Positions 44,869-54,492 of a stretch of 64,000 bases of DNA are shown one piece after another. The stretch lies in IMG/VR virus record IMGVR_UViG_3300031867_000042, positions 4,909-68,908 of that record; one strand, 5' to 3'. How positions within the stretch are numbered: position 1 is the first letter of the stretch; the number at the start of each line of letters is the position of its first letter. The stretch comes from a virus. Lineage: Duplodnaviria > Caudoviricetes. The notes below the pieces were generated by a model, which saw only the letters and a program-made list of their open reading frames with translations, ran no database searches and had not been told where the DNA came from. A program made the position numbers and the translations under genes.

Positions 44869-46179
44869 TTAAATTTTGCCAAATTTGCCACCTCTTCGTC
44901 TCTGCTCCTTTTCAAAGTCCTTCAGAGCCTTATCCTTGATAATCATTCGTCTTGTAACATAAGAATCCAAGATAATTCCCTGCAATGAACGGCAGCGACT
45001 AAGAGCTACATAAAGCTGCCCGGCAGCAAATGTGCCTTTAATATGCAGCACTACATTATCAAATGTCAAGCCCTGCGCCTTATGAACTGTAATTGCCCAT
45101 GCCAGCGTAACTGGAATCTGAGTGCAGGAACCGATTTCTTTCTTGCGTATCACAGTTTTGGTATTTCCGTCCTCATCGGTCTCCTCGCTGGTTTCATAGC
45201 TGTAATTAACCCATTGATGTGTGCCTAATTCGACCAGTTTACCATCATCAGTCATAACAACTACGCTACTTTCCTTGAGCTGTTCAACCTTACCCAGAGT
45301 TCCGTTGAAATATCTCTCCATTTTATCATTTACAAGAATCATCACACGCGCACCTACTCGCAATTGCAATTCTTCGTCGCAGCTCAGAGATGGGAAAGTA
45401 CCTGTTATCTCTGCCTCATACGTTGTTTCTGCTTCGCCTAACTGAGTTGAGTTAATCTCGTCTACAATACGTCTATGAGTTGCAATGTGTAAAGCGTTAT
45501 CATCTACTTTCTTGGACTCTGTAAAGTCTACGATTTCTGCCAAATCTTCAAGCTGGTCATCGGTAATTGTGTAGTCACGAATACCATTCAGAATTTCAAT
45601 AAACTGTGGATCAGACTGTCTGAATACCTTGGTCAGCTCAATAACGTGGAAACCAGTATCTTCCTGAAACACCTCGGCATTAAAGAAATAGAAATTCTTG
45701 TCATATCGGCTTGCAAGTAACTCCTTTTCATTACTTTTAACTACTGGTGGCAACTGGTAGAGGTCTCCAAACATTACAACTTGTACGCCGCCAAAAGGCT
45801 CTTTGATGCTTCTTGCCTTTCTCAGACGATAGTCGATGGCGTCCATCACATCACTACGGACCATAGACACCTCGTCAATGATAAGCAAGTCTAATGCCTG
45901 CAATACCTGTTTTGAGGCTTTATTTAGTCCGTGCTTTGCGACTTCTGAGGCGGTTAGAACTCCCAGTGGAAGCTGAAAAAGCTTATGAATCGTTGTACCA
46001 CCAGCGTTGATGGCTGCTACACCTGTCGGTGCTACTACTACACACTGTTTGTATACTACATCCTGAATGTGTTTGAGCAGTGTTGTCTTGCCACAACCAG
46101 CTTTTCCAGTTACATAAATGCAATCATTAGTGTTTTCTATTAGCGATATAACTCGCTCAAATTCTTCTGTTAATATCAT
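44869..46179 (-). CDS. Pif1/RecD-like SF1B helicase
   Basis: TGKAGCGKT, APTGVAA, IIDEVSM, FGDLYQLPPV, FRQSD, LAWAITVHKAQG, YVALSR. Confidence 0.92.
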   Translation of the reverse strand: MILTEEFERVISLIENTNDCIYVTGKAGCGKTTLLKHIQDVVYKQCVVVAPTGVAAINAGGTTIHKLFQLPLGVLTASEVAKHGLNKASKQVLQALDLLIIDEVSMVRSDVMDAIDYRLRKARSIKEPFGGVQVVMFGDLYQLPPVVKSNEKELLASRYDKNFYFFNAEVFQEDTGFHVIELTKVFRQSDPQFIEILNGIRDYTITDDQLEDLAEIVDFTESKKVDDNALHIATHRRIVDEINSTQLGEAETTYEAEITGTFPSLSCDEELQLRVGARVMILVNDKMERYFNGTLGKVEQLKESSVVVMTDDGKLVELGTHQWVNYSYETSEETDEDGNTKTVIRKKEIGSCTQIPVTLAWAITVHKAQGLTFDNVVLHIKGTFAAGQLYVALSRCRSLQGIILDSYVTRRMIIKDKALKDFEKEQRRRGGKFGKI

Positions 46180-46180
46180 A

Positions 46181-47899
46181 TCATATTTCGTTTAATGTGA
46201 ATACCAAATCTCTATTGTCAAACTTAATATCATCGCCATCTTGCAGCTCATCCGCGTATATTTTGACATATTCTTCACTTTCTCCACGCTTTACCAATAA
46301 CTCCGCGTCTGGATGAACTTTGTATGTCTTGCCATTTTCCAGAGTAACTGATATGTAATCGGCGGACTCAATGTCTTTTCCGATTATCGTCACCGTGTCT
46401 GGCTCCAATCCAGCTCGTTCTGGCAGCAAAAAGCGTTCAAAAATCAATCCGTATTTTATCGGGTCTATCAAAGTAATGCCAAGCAGATACAATACTAAGC
46501 AACCGCCAGCTGAACCACGACCGCATCCGACAAGAATATTATTGGCACGCGCCCAGTTACAAGTGTCATACTGAACAAGCATGTAGTCTACGTTATTTGT
46601 ACTTTCAAGTACATATTTTTCGTATTCCAGCTGCTTGCGATATACTTCTTCTTGACCTTTAGGTACCAGCTTTTTAAAACCTTCCTCTAAGAGCTGGATG
46701 AACATCGTGTGTCTGTCACCATATTTAAGCTGTTCCTCCGGTGTCATGTCATATTGTGGCATGAAATTTCGGTCCGTTTCGTACCTCGCTTCGCACGACA
46801 TGCCTATTTCAACTGAATTAGCGCAAGCTTCCTGAAACATGTTCTCAGCACGCTCTGCATCTTCGAATATATCCAAGAATTGCTGATGAATCTCGTCTAT
46901 ATCCTTAAAATACTGTTCATCGCTTTGCTCATGCGCTGCTCCAGTGGCTATCTTATTTAGCACTATCTTATTTCGGGCATTGTCTTTGTCGAGATAATAG
47001 CAATCTTCTATGAGCACAGGAGGCAGCTGGATATTACCGTACAACTCGTTAAAATACATCGCCTGTGACATCAATAGCGGCGTATCAATACGCTCGGCTT
47101 TGTATTCGTTGAAATCTACCTGAAAATAGGTTTTCTCAAAGCAATCCAGAAAAGATTGGAGTAACCCTGCTTCGTGATAGTCTTTGAGCCATGCTGACGA
47201 AAGCTTATCCATTACCAAATATAGTCCCTTGCTGTGCTCCATTAAAGTAGCTATTGGAATGGTCCTATCTTCAGAATCTACATTGATAGCCTTTTGTATT
47301 CTTAACATAGACTGAAGTCCCTCATTGTTTTTAGCGTAAACCTTCGCTCCCACTGACTGCTCACTTTCAATGAAATGTAATGAATAGCCAATAGCATATT
47401 TCATTTCAGCGGCTTCACATTCTTGCTGAAGAATCAGAGTTGCAGCCATTGTATTTAAATCGCAAATTCCTATTGACTTATGTCCTAAGAATTTGGCTTT
47501 CTTGACCCATTGCGCAACAGAAAAACTGCCATTCAAAAGCTCAAAAGGTGTATGGACTCCCAAATTAACATATTCCACTATACTAACGGCAGGTTTACAA
47601 GCTCCTAAATACTTCAATTCGTTAAATTCGAACTCCTTATCGATGTCAAAATAGTAAAATCGATCACCAAACTTGAAGCATATAAACTGAATACTGTCAT
47701 CTTTATAATACTGCAACTTACACTCAGAAGCATAAGTGACGTTACCTTCCTTGTCAATGTCAAAAATAGACTTCTTATCATCAACTTCCTCATAGACAAA
47801 CAAGCCAATATCGACAATTTCAAATATATTTGGCTCTGGAAGGATGTTGTATTGTATATGATTTACATCCAACCAAGCCTGCAATTCTTTGTTAATCAT
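46181..47899 (-). CDS. dnaE: DNA polymerase III alpha, N-terminal (PHP) half, ending in 76-aa Hint N-fragment
   Basis: HTPFELLNGS, YMLVQYD, GCGRGSAGGCLVLYLLGIT.IDPIKYGLIFERFLLPER. Confidence 0.92.
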   Translation of the reverse strand: MINKELQAWLDVNHIQYNILPEPNIFEIVDIGLFVYEEVDDKKSIFDIDKEGNVTYASECKLQYYKDDSIQFICFKFGDRFYYFDIDKEFEFNELKYLGACKPAVSIVEYVNLGVHTPFELLNGSFSVAQWVKKAKFLGHKSIGICDLNTMAATLILQQECEAAEMKYAIGYSLHFIESEQSVGAKVYAKNNEGLQSMLRIQKAINVDSEDRTIPIATLMEHSKGLYLVMDKLSSAWLKDYHEAGLLQSFLDCFEKTYFQVDFNEYKAERIDTPLLMSQAMYFNELYGNIQLPPVLIEDCYYLDKDNARNKIVLNKIATGAAHEQSDEQYFKDIDEIHQQFLDIFEDAERAENMFQEACANSVEIGMSCEARYETDRNFMPQYDMTPEEQLKYGDRHTMFIQLLEEGFKKLVPKGQEEVYRKQLEYEKYVLESTNNVDYMLVQYDTCNWARANNILVGCGRGSAGGCLVLYLLGITLIDPIKYGLIFERFLLPERAGLEPDTVTIIGKDIESADYISVTLENGKTYKVHPDAELLVKRGESEEYVKIYADELQDGDDIKFDNRDLVFTLNEI

Positions 47900-48930
47900 A
47901 TAAAATGTGTTAATTTATATTCAACAATGGTCTTTAAGTTTTGTGAGAAAACATCGAATATATCCCAAAAATCCATATCGTCAAAGTCGGCGGTCTCATC
48001 TGGAATATCGGCAATTAAGACATTCTCAAAGCAATCCGACAGTTGGGCAGCTGTTTTGTTAATCGCGGCAGTTGCGTCACCGTCATAGCCTATCACAATG
48101 TTTTCAACGCCCTTACGCTGCAACTTGTATACTTGCACATCAGAGATTTTCTTACCAAATGTTGCAACCACAGCCACACGATGATTGTCATACAGTTCAA
48201 GCTTACGAGTTAGAGCTATTGCATCAAACACACCCTCGACAATAATCACCGTATCAGTTTCGCCATCAATAACATTGTCATAATTGTATAGCAACTTAAC
48301 AAAGTCATTCTCAACGCTATTCCGATAACGCATAATCCTATATGTGCCGTCTCTCTTAGCCCGCTCATTGTGCGCATCGATTTCCTGCTTACTCGCCGTA
48401 TGTCTGGAAACATATCCAACATAACACCCTTCTTCGATAATCGGAAAAATTACATAATCATCAAACTTAAAATTGAATCCCCGTGTTGTTCCCACCTCAA
48501 AGAACTCGTAATCTCTGTGCGTAAAGCCTCGCTTCTTCAAGTATGAATTTCGCCATGCTCTGACATAAAATTCCGGCATATCAATCTCTGTCAACTCATC
48601 ATCAAGCTCCTCGTCTTCCATAAAGCTGAAATCGTCCTGCAACTTATTATCCAGCTTAAAGGTTTCCGTTATCGTCAGGTCGGGTCTTCCGAGGTCCTTT
48701 AATAATGTGTTGACATTGCCCACACTATGCCCACAGGAAAAACAATGTGCCATAAACGGCTGCTTCCTTCCGATTGGCTTCCCAATGTAAATTCCGAACT
48801 TGTAGCCTGAATGTCCGCAATAAGGACACTCAGGTACAAGAAGGTTTTTGCCAGTTCCGTCTTTCTTCGCATTAAGACTGGATATGAGTTCGAGGATGAT
48901 ATGCTGTTTGTCCTCTTCAGTTATTTCCAT
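47896..48930 (-). CDS. dnaG: DNA primase (zinc finger plus TOPRIM)
   Basis: CPYCG...HCFSCG; IVEGVFDAI; GYDGDA. Confidence 0.85.
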   Translation of the reverse strand: MEITEEDKQHIILELISSLNAKKDGTGKNLLVPECPYCGHSGYKFGIYIGKPIGRKQPFMAHCFSCGHSVGNVNTLLKDLGRPDLTITETFKLDNKLQDDFSFMEDEELDDELTEIDMPEFYVRAWRNSYLKKRGFTHRDYEFFEVGTTRGFNFKFDDYVIFPIIEEGCYVGYVSRHTASKQEIDAHNERAKRDGTYRIMRYRNSVENDFVKLLYNYDNVIDGETDTVIIVEGVFDAIALTRKLELYDNHRVAVVATFGKKISDVQVYKLQRKGVENIVIGYDGDATAAINKTAAQLSDCFENVLIADIPDETADFDDMDFWDIFDVFSQNLKTIVEYKLTHFI

Positions 48931-48937
48931 GTTTTAA

Positions 48938-50281
48938 TCAAATTGTTGGTGTGACATAAAAGACTTCGTGGTCGTAATCAGTATTGATTGGAAATGTTGG
49001 CTGGTCTCGCTTAAAGAATCGTGATTTAGCAATATGGATTCTCATTCGTCCTTCCTTACGTTCCATATCAGACTGGTTCAACGTAATCAAATGTGTCAAG
49101 GCTCTGGAAATTCCCTTCGCTTCGGCGCAATTATACTCAGACAGGACCTTAGTTTCATCGTTCAGAATTTCTCTGTTCTCAATCGTAGACTGATAGGTTG
49201 TCACAAACCATACATTAAATTCTTCTGCAATATCCTTAAAATCCTGAGATACACGAACTCTGTCAAATCTCTCTTCTTTGTCAGACTTAAAGCGATTACT
49301 TGAAGCAACCAAGTCCATCGAATCTACGATGATAACATCCGGTGTGATTCCGTGTGTTTTGATAAACTTGACGATGACATTGCGAATATCTGTACTTGTA
49401 ATCTTATTTGCGAATTTCGTAAATGCCCTGACAAATACATTTCCGTTAATGCCTTTCATCTTGCTTGTAAACGCTTCCTCTTCACTTGGCGTAAGCCTTG
49501 CAGTTTCAATTCGATATGCCTTGGTCTGACAGAACGCAGCATCGTAAGCAGCAACAACTTCTTCCTTAGCACCTTCCAGCTGAATATGAAGCACAATCAT
49601 GCCGTTCATCGCCTGATACACGCCAAAAAAGCGCGCTGCATGAGATTTTCCGACACCAGTTGAAGCCAATATACATGTCAACTGTTTTCGCAAATCACGA
49701 TTGTTGTTCAGCTTGTCAATCTCCAGCATACCAAATTTGGAAACAGGACGCTTTCTCACTTCTGACTCTCTTAACGCCTTCAAGTTTGAATATCGCAGCG
49801 CAAAATCACCGCAAATATCAACAAATTCATCGCCAGACAGAGTGAAGGAGTTAGACCATTCTGCGAACTCATGCCATAATTGAAACGCCTTACCTCGATT
49901 GCCAGTCTTATACGCATCCCCGACTTCTTTGTAGGTTTTTTGGAAACGTACATTGCGAAGATACAATTCAAACTGCTCCACTAAGGCTTCCAGCTTATAG
50001 CTTACATCACCAGTTGCATCTACATCTTCCAACAGGCGGCTTACTTGTCTATCATGAGCCAACATTTGATTGATAATGGACCATGTTGGCGCTTTATGAT
50101 GGCTACTATAATAAGCCTTCAGATTTCTAAGTAATACCTGAAAATCCTTACTGGGAAGATTATCAACCACCAAATATTGAGTAACGATTGAACAAATCAA
50201 ATCATTGTCAATAGCCATGTGAAATAACTCACATAGGAAATCGGTGGTTAATACTTCTGTTGTATCTATGCTTTGCGCCAT
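48938..50281 (-). CDS. dnaB: DnaB-like replicative helicase
   Basis: ASTGVGKS, LEGAKE, IIVDSMD, TTYQ, IAKSR. Confidence 0.85.
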   Translation of the reverse strand: MAQSIDTTEVLTTDFLCELFHMAIDNDLICSIVTQYLVVDNLPSKDFQVLLRNLKAYYSSHHKAPTWSIINQMLAHDRQVSRLLEDVDATGDVSYKLEALVEQFELYLRNVRFQKTYKEVGDAYKTGNRGKAFQLWHEFAEWSNSFTLSGDEFVDICGDFALRYSNLKALRESEVRKRPVSKFGMLEIDKLNNNRDLRKQLTCILASTGVGKSHAARFFGVYQAMNGMIVLHIQLEGAKEEVVAAYDAAFCQTKAYRIETARLTPSEEEAFTSKMKGINGNVFVRAFTKFANKITSTDIRNVIVKFIKTHGITPDVIIVDSMDLVASSNRFKSDKEERFDRVRVSQDFKDIAEEFNVWFVTTYQSTIENREILNDETKVLSEYNCAEAKGISRALTHLITLNQSDMERKEGRMRIHIAKSRFFKRDQPTFPINTDYDHEVFYVTPTI

Positions 50282-50847
50282 TTCAACCTTAATCTATATA
50301 ATTCTGGATGCAATTTCTTAGTCTCCACTTTACACTGAGCGATATATTTACAGCGTGCGCACACATCAGAGGCAGGTGACCACATCAATGTGTTGGTCTT
50401 ACAAAGCATCAAGCAATCATCGCCATATCTTTGATTATTGCGCTTATATTCATCGTCTGCCTGCATTTCTACATATCCTTGATACGGATGTTCATGTTTC
50501 CATGCGTTACATACTTCCTCACGGCTAAAGTTGCCTATTGACAGCCATTGGTTCTCAAAGTGCATAGTCGTATGATTGTGGAAGGCAATGTATTTCTCGC
50601 GAGCCGCTTCCTTAAACAAGCTTTTGACATTAGCAGTCGTTGAATAAGCTGGGTTATGCCTGTGACGATAGAGCTGAAAGATGAGGTAATTCCCTACGGC
50701 ATTACGAGGGTCATTCACCATCAATTCGTTCTTCACCCATATCGCCCATTCTGTCAATATCCTGTCCATCTCCCCACCACCCGGAGTCGCTATCTTGAAC
50801 ATCTGAAGTGTCGAACGGACAGCCGTCCAAAGCTCTAAGTTTTCCAT
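50266..50847 (-). CDS. Hypothetical protein with C-terminal Cys cluster
   Basis: C..T.MWSP.S..CARC....CK. Confidence 0.7.
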   Translation of the reverse strand: MENLELWTAVRSTLQMFKIATPGGGEMDRILTEWAIWVKNELMVNDPRNAVGNYLIFQLYRHRHNPAYSTTANVKSLFKEAAREKYIAFHNHTTMHFENQWLSIGNFSREEVCNAWKHEHPYQGYVEMQADDEYKRNNQRYGDDCLMLCKTNTLMWSPASDVCARCKYIAQCKVETKKLHPELYRLRLKWRKA

Positions 50848-51433
50848 TTCTGTTTAATATTTTACGAAGTTGCTTTCTTGCCAAGAACAGTCGCGTTCGA
50901 ATCGCATCCAAACTGTTATGTTTGATTGCTCCCAGTGCATATTCTCTTTCTGCAATCTCTTTCATTTGATACCCTGAAAGCTGCATTAAGAAGATACGTC
51001 TGTACGATTCTTTCAACTGGTCCAAAGCATAAACAATTTCATCACTGTAAAATTGAGTGTAATTATCAAGGTTGACCTCAAAGTCTTCCCTGTCATTCTC
51101 GTTACTAATGTCAAATGAAGAATTTGGGATGTCTTCTACGTTTACATCATCTGTCCTACGCTCCTTTTTTTGACGATTCATCTCTAAATTATAGACGCAT
51201 CGTTTTGTGCAGATATGAATCCACGTCTGAATGGATTTCTTCTCGTCGTAAGTAAGAATGTACTTGTACAAATTAGTTAAAGCGCTCGTATAATTCTCCT
51301 CAACATTTTCTGCACTGAACGAATAGTCGATACATAGCCTATAAACCATGTTGAGATTCGGCATGATGTATTTCTGAAACAGCTCGTCCTTCAATTGTCT
51401 TTCGCTGTCGCTGGGTTGGTGTTTCTGTGCCAT
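50711..51433 (-). CDS. Phage RNA polymerase sigma factor (ECF/sigma-70 region 2 and 4 like)
   Basis: LFQKYI...VYRLC, SIQTWIHI.TKR, YRRIFLMQLSGYQMKEIA...IRTRLFLARKQL. Confidence 0.8.
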   Translation of the reverse strand: MAQKHQPSDSERQLKDELFQKYIMPNLNMVYRLCIDYSFSAENVEENYTSALTNLYKYILTYDEKKSIQTWIHICTKRCVYNLEMNRQKKERRTDDVNVEDIPNSSFDISNENDREDFEVNLDNYTQFYSDEIVYALDQLKESYRRIFLMQLSGYQMKEIAEREYALGAIKHNSLDAIRTRLFLARKQLRKILNRNGKLRALDGCPFDTSDVQDSDSGWWGDGQDIDRMGDMGEERIDGE

Positions 51434-51660
51434 AATTCTGCAACATTTTGTTTAAACACGTCTTCCATCTTCAATTTGTGTCTCCGACAATAATCCACCC
51501 ATCTTCCATTACAGTGCAAGAAATATCGTCTTACTTCACTATCGTCTTGCTTCTTTTCTTCCAGAAACTCTGAAAAATCTGAGAGAACCTTAGCCAATGC
51601 AGCTGTATGCTTTACGCTATTTCTCTCCGCCTGTCGCTTGTATCTTCTCTGTAAGCTCAT
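51391..51660 (-). CDS. Hypothetical protein
   Basis: ORF 51391-51774; start at MSLQRR. Confidence 0.6.
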   Translation of the reverse strand: MSLQRRYKRQAERNSVKHTAALAKVLSDFSEFLEEKKQDDSEVRRYFLHCNGRWVDYCRRHKLKMEDVFKQNVAELWHRNTNPATAKDN

Positions 51661-52162
51661 TTTGTGCCTCCTTCTTGATATTATATGTTCGAACAAACCA
51701 TTTATAGATGTGCGTCGCATCTGCCATGTTATCATCAATTGGGTCGATGTGCCATCGGCTTTTACAAGCTTCAATCATCATCTTTTTATCAGCCCGACCA
51801 TTCCCGGTTGCCCATTTCTTAACCGTGGTGATATTGGCGAAACATGGCTCAGGTATTTCCATATCTTCAGCTAAAAGATACAAAACACCGCGCAACTCCG
51901 ACAATTTACGAATTGCCATAAAATGCGCACCAGCGCCTGCGTTTACGTCCTCTGCAACAATCATTCTGACTTTGTTTTTAGCACAAAAATCATAGAGAGT
52001 GTCCGCAAAAGCCTTGTGTATTCCGCAGCCTCTTTTTTTCGCTATTTTCGCCAAATCCCACGTTCCAGCTTCTGCTGGGTGATAATAACCGCAATGCGTC
52101 GCTATATCAAGCGCTAAAACATTGCTCCTTGTTAATTCATCTAAAAATTCTTTGTTAAACAT
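51617..52162 (-). CDS. ruvC: RuvC-like Holliday junction resolvase
   Basis: LALDIAT, IVAED, VKKWATGNGRADKKMM, DDNMADA. Confidence 0.85.
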   Translation of the reverse strand: MFNKEFLDELTRSNVLALDIATHCGYYHPAEAGTWDLAKIAKKRGCGIHKAFADTLYDFCAKNKVRMIVAEDVNAGAGAHFMAIRKLSELRGVLYLLAEDMEIPEPCFANITTVKKWATGNGRADKKMMIEACKSRWHIDPIDDNMADATHIYKWFVRTYNIKKEAQNELTEKIQATGGEK

Positions 52163-52165
52163 TAT

Positions 52166-54487
52166 TTATAAATAACTGGTTCCATTCTCTTTGTTTACCG
52201 TCAAACGATGAGGGTAACTTTCGCTTGTCAGACCATGACTTACGACCAAGCAAGTTTTCTTCAACTTACCGAGAACTTCCAGCATACTGGATAGTCCGCT
52301 TTCGTCTACCGCTTCAAGTATCTCATCTAAGATGAGTAAGTCAAGTCCTCCGAATGGCGCTGCGTCAATGTTGCAAAGCTCATTTAGAGCTAAGACATTA
52401 GCCAAGTTCACTCTGGCTTTTTCACCCTCTGAGAATTTCTCATAAGAACCGCAGTCTACGCCATCTCGCAGCAAAGATACAGAAATTTTATCTTTTATCT
52501 TACCACTTTTCAAAATTGTGAAGCCTGAAAGCGAAATTTGTATATCAGAACCAATTTCTTCCAAGAAATTATTAGTCATGACAGCCAGAGCATCAATCTT
52601 AGTGTTAGCAAGATGCGTCTTGAAACCTACAAAGCGTTCCTTCTGGACCGTAAGCTTGTTTTGCTCCAAAGTCAGTTGGTTCAGCTTGTCGTTTGCTTCT
52701 TGATACTGTACCTTGTACTTCTCCAGCGTATCATTCATGCCAGCAAGTCTATCTTCAATAGTCTTATCGCCTGCGCCATTCTTCAAATCATCAATTTGCT
52801 TCTGCCAAGCCTTAACATTGCCCTCGGCGGTATAGATACTATTTTCCAAATCAGAAATATGACGAGAGTTGTCGCTGATTTTACGCTGTATAAGAGCATG
52901 TACTTCATCAAAAACCTGCTGACACATCTGTTTAAGCGTAGACTGATGGTTCAAAACGATGCTCTGAGCCTTATTGAGCTTACTATTTGCCTCAAACAGC
53001 ACATCACCTATACGTTGTACAGTTGTCTGCTTTTCCTTGCGCTCTTTAGCAATCTGCTTACATGCCTTATCGCTTTCATCCATAAGATCGCCAAGCTCTT
53101 TTGACTTAGCGTTGTTGCTATCCCATTCAGCACAAGCACTCTTATAGCTACTCTCTGCCTGAGAAAGAGAATTTTTCTCGCCAGTGAGCTGTTCCAATAC
53201 TTCTTCGTATGTTGACTCACTATTCAGTAAGAATTTTTCTCCGCACTTTGGACATTGTACAGCACCATTTATCTGCGCTTCAAGGCGATTGATAGCCTCT
53301 TTGTGCTGTGAAACTTGTTTGTTAGCATCTTCCTTAATAGAAGATAAAGTACGCATAGCTTCTATAACACTAACGCGCTCTTTGGTGTATTCCTCGATAT
53401 GCTGCTTTAGCTCTTTCTCTTCTTGCTCTGCCCAAACAGAATACTCTTCCAAGGCTTGCTCCGCCTTATGCTGCTTCTGCTTAATAATCTGAACATCTTT
53501 CTGAAGTGTAGCAACGTCATCTTGTGCTCGCTTTAATCTAACTGCGCATGTGTCAGACTTCATAATCCAAGCACCGCTGTTCCAGCTAATATTATATTGA
53601 TTCAAAAGGTCCTCAACATCATTAACGAACTTCTCAAACGAGTCAAGCATTTCAATATCATCAACATCTGCCTCAAGGTCTCGGTAATCTGAAAGCAAAT
53701 TTTTTGCACCATTCAGCTGTGACTGGAAATCTTTGATTGTTTCAGTACGGTCTGTAATCTTGCTTTCCAATTCTTCAATCTGTCGAGGAATATCATTCTG
53801 TGCCGTTAAAGCTCTCTGCTTTTCATCTTCAATGCTTTGCGTCATTGTAGACACCATTCCTTCCGTGCGAGCGACTTCAATAGCTTGCTTTTGCACGCTT
53901 TCTTTGCTATTCTCCAAATCTTCTACTACCTTGTCAAATGCACCGTCGATCAGCTCTGCGCCTGATAAAGCATTGATAATCTCCTTTTTTTCTCTATCTG
54001 AAGCAGACAAAAAAGAACAGTACTTATGCTTTGACAAGATGAAATTGTTAAACAGATTATCCTTAGATATGCCGATGTATCTGAGGATAGCAGCGTTATA
54101 CTCTGTTACAGAGTTAAGTTTGATTTCCTCAACTATTTCATTAGTAGCCATAGAAAATAAGCGCACAGTCTGACCTTTCTTACGCTCCAAGCTACGCTGA
54201 ATCTTGTAACCCAATTCTTCCTGCTCGTTATATAGTACAATCTCAACCATTGTACTATTTGCTTCATTGTTGATAATTTCGTCTGCCGTTACCTTACGCA
54301 ACGTATCTCCGGTTAAGCCAAAGGCAATAGCCTCAATCAATGCAGATTTGCCAGAACCGTTAGAGCTTTGCTGGTCGTTATCTTTGTTATTACCAAAGAT
54401 TAAAGTAGCAGCCTGCTGTACTGGGGCATACTTAAACTCCTTAAAAGAGCAAAAGTTTTGTGCTGAAATAGATTTTATTGTGTACAT
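52166..54487 (-). CDS. sbcC: SbcC/Rad50-like ATPase
   Basis: NGSGKS Walker A, coiled coils with CPKCG hook, FSEGEKAR signature, LILDE. Confidence 0.92.
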   Translation of the reverse strand: MYTIKSISAQNFCSFKEFKYAPVQQAATLIFGNNKDNDQQSSNGSGKSALIEAIAFGLTGDTLRKVTADEIINNEANSTMVEIVLYNEQEELGYKIQRSLERKKGQTVRLFSMATNEIVEEIKLNSVTEYNAAILRYIGISKDNLFNNFILSKHKYCSFLSASDREKKEIINALSGAELIDGAFDKVVEDLENSKESVQKQAIEVARTEGMVSTMTQSIEDEKQRALTAQNDIPRQIEELESKITDRTETIKDFQSQLNGAKNLLSDYRDLEADVDDIEMLDSFEKFVNDVEDLLNQYNISWNSGAWIMKSDTCAVRLKRAQDDVATLQKDVQIIKQKQHKAEQALEEYSVWAEQEEKELKQHIEEYTKERVSVIEAMRTLSSIKEDANKQVSQHKEAINRLEAQINGAVQCPKCGEKFLLNSESTYEEVLEQLTGEKNSLSQAESSYKSACAEWDSNNAKSKELGDLMDESDKACKQIAKERKEKQTTVQRIGDVLFEANSKLNKAQSIVLNHQSTLKQMCQQVFDEVHALIQRKISDNSRHISDLENSIYTAEGNVKAWQKQIDDLKNGAGDKTIEDRLAGMNDTLEKYKVQYQEANDKLNQLTLEQNKLTVQKERFVGFKTHLANTKIDALAVMTNNFLEEIGSDIQISLSGFTILKSGKIKDKISVSLLRDGVDCGSYEKFSEGEKARVNLANVLALNELCNIDAAPFGGLDLLILDEILEAVDESGLSSMLEVLGKLKKTCLVVSHGLTSESYPHRLTVNKENGTSYL

Positions 54488-54492
54488 AATTG

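Noticed and set aside
42686-47899. dnaE broken by mutation or assembly error (pseudogene)
   Set aside because: Both halves keep all polymerase motifs, have coupled start/stop codons and carry matched Hint-like ends, and an intact helicase lies between them
50711-50847. Functional C-terminal extension of the sigma factor overlapping the next gene
   Set aside because: The last ~45 aa are the alternative frame of the downstream gene and show no domain features; likely incidental stop loss
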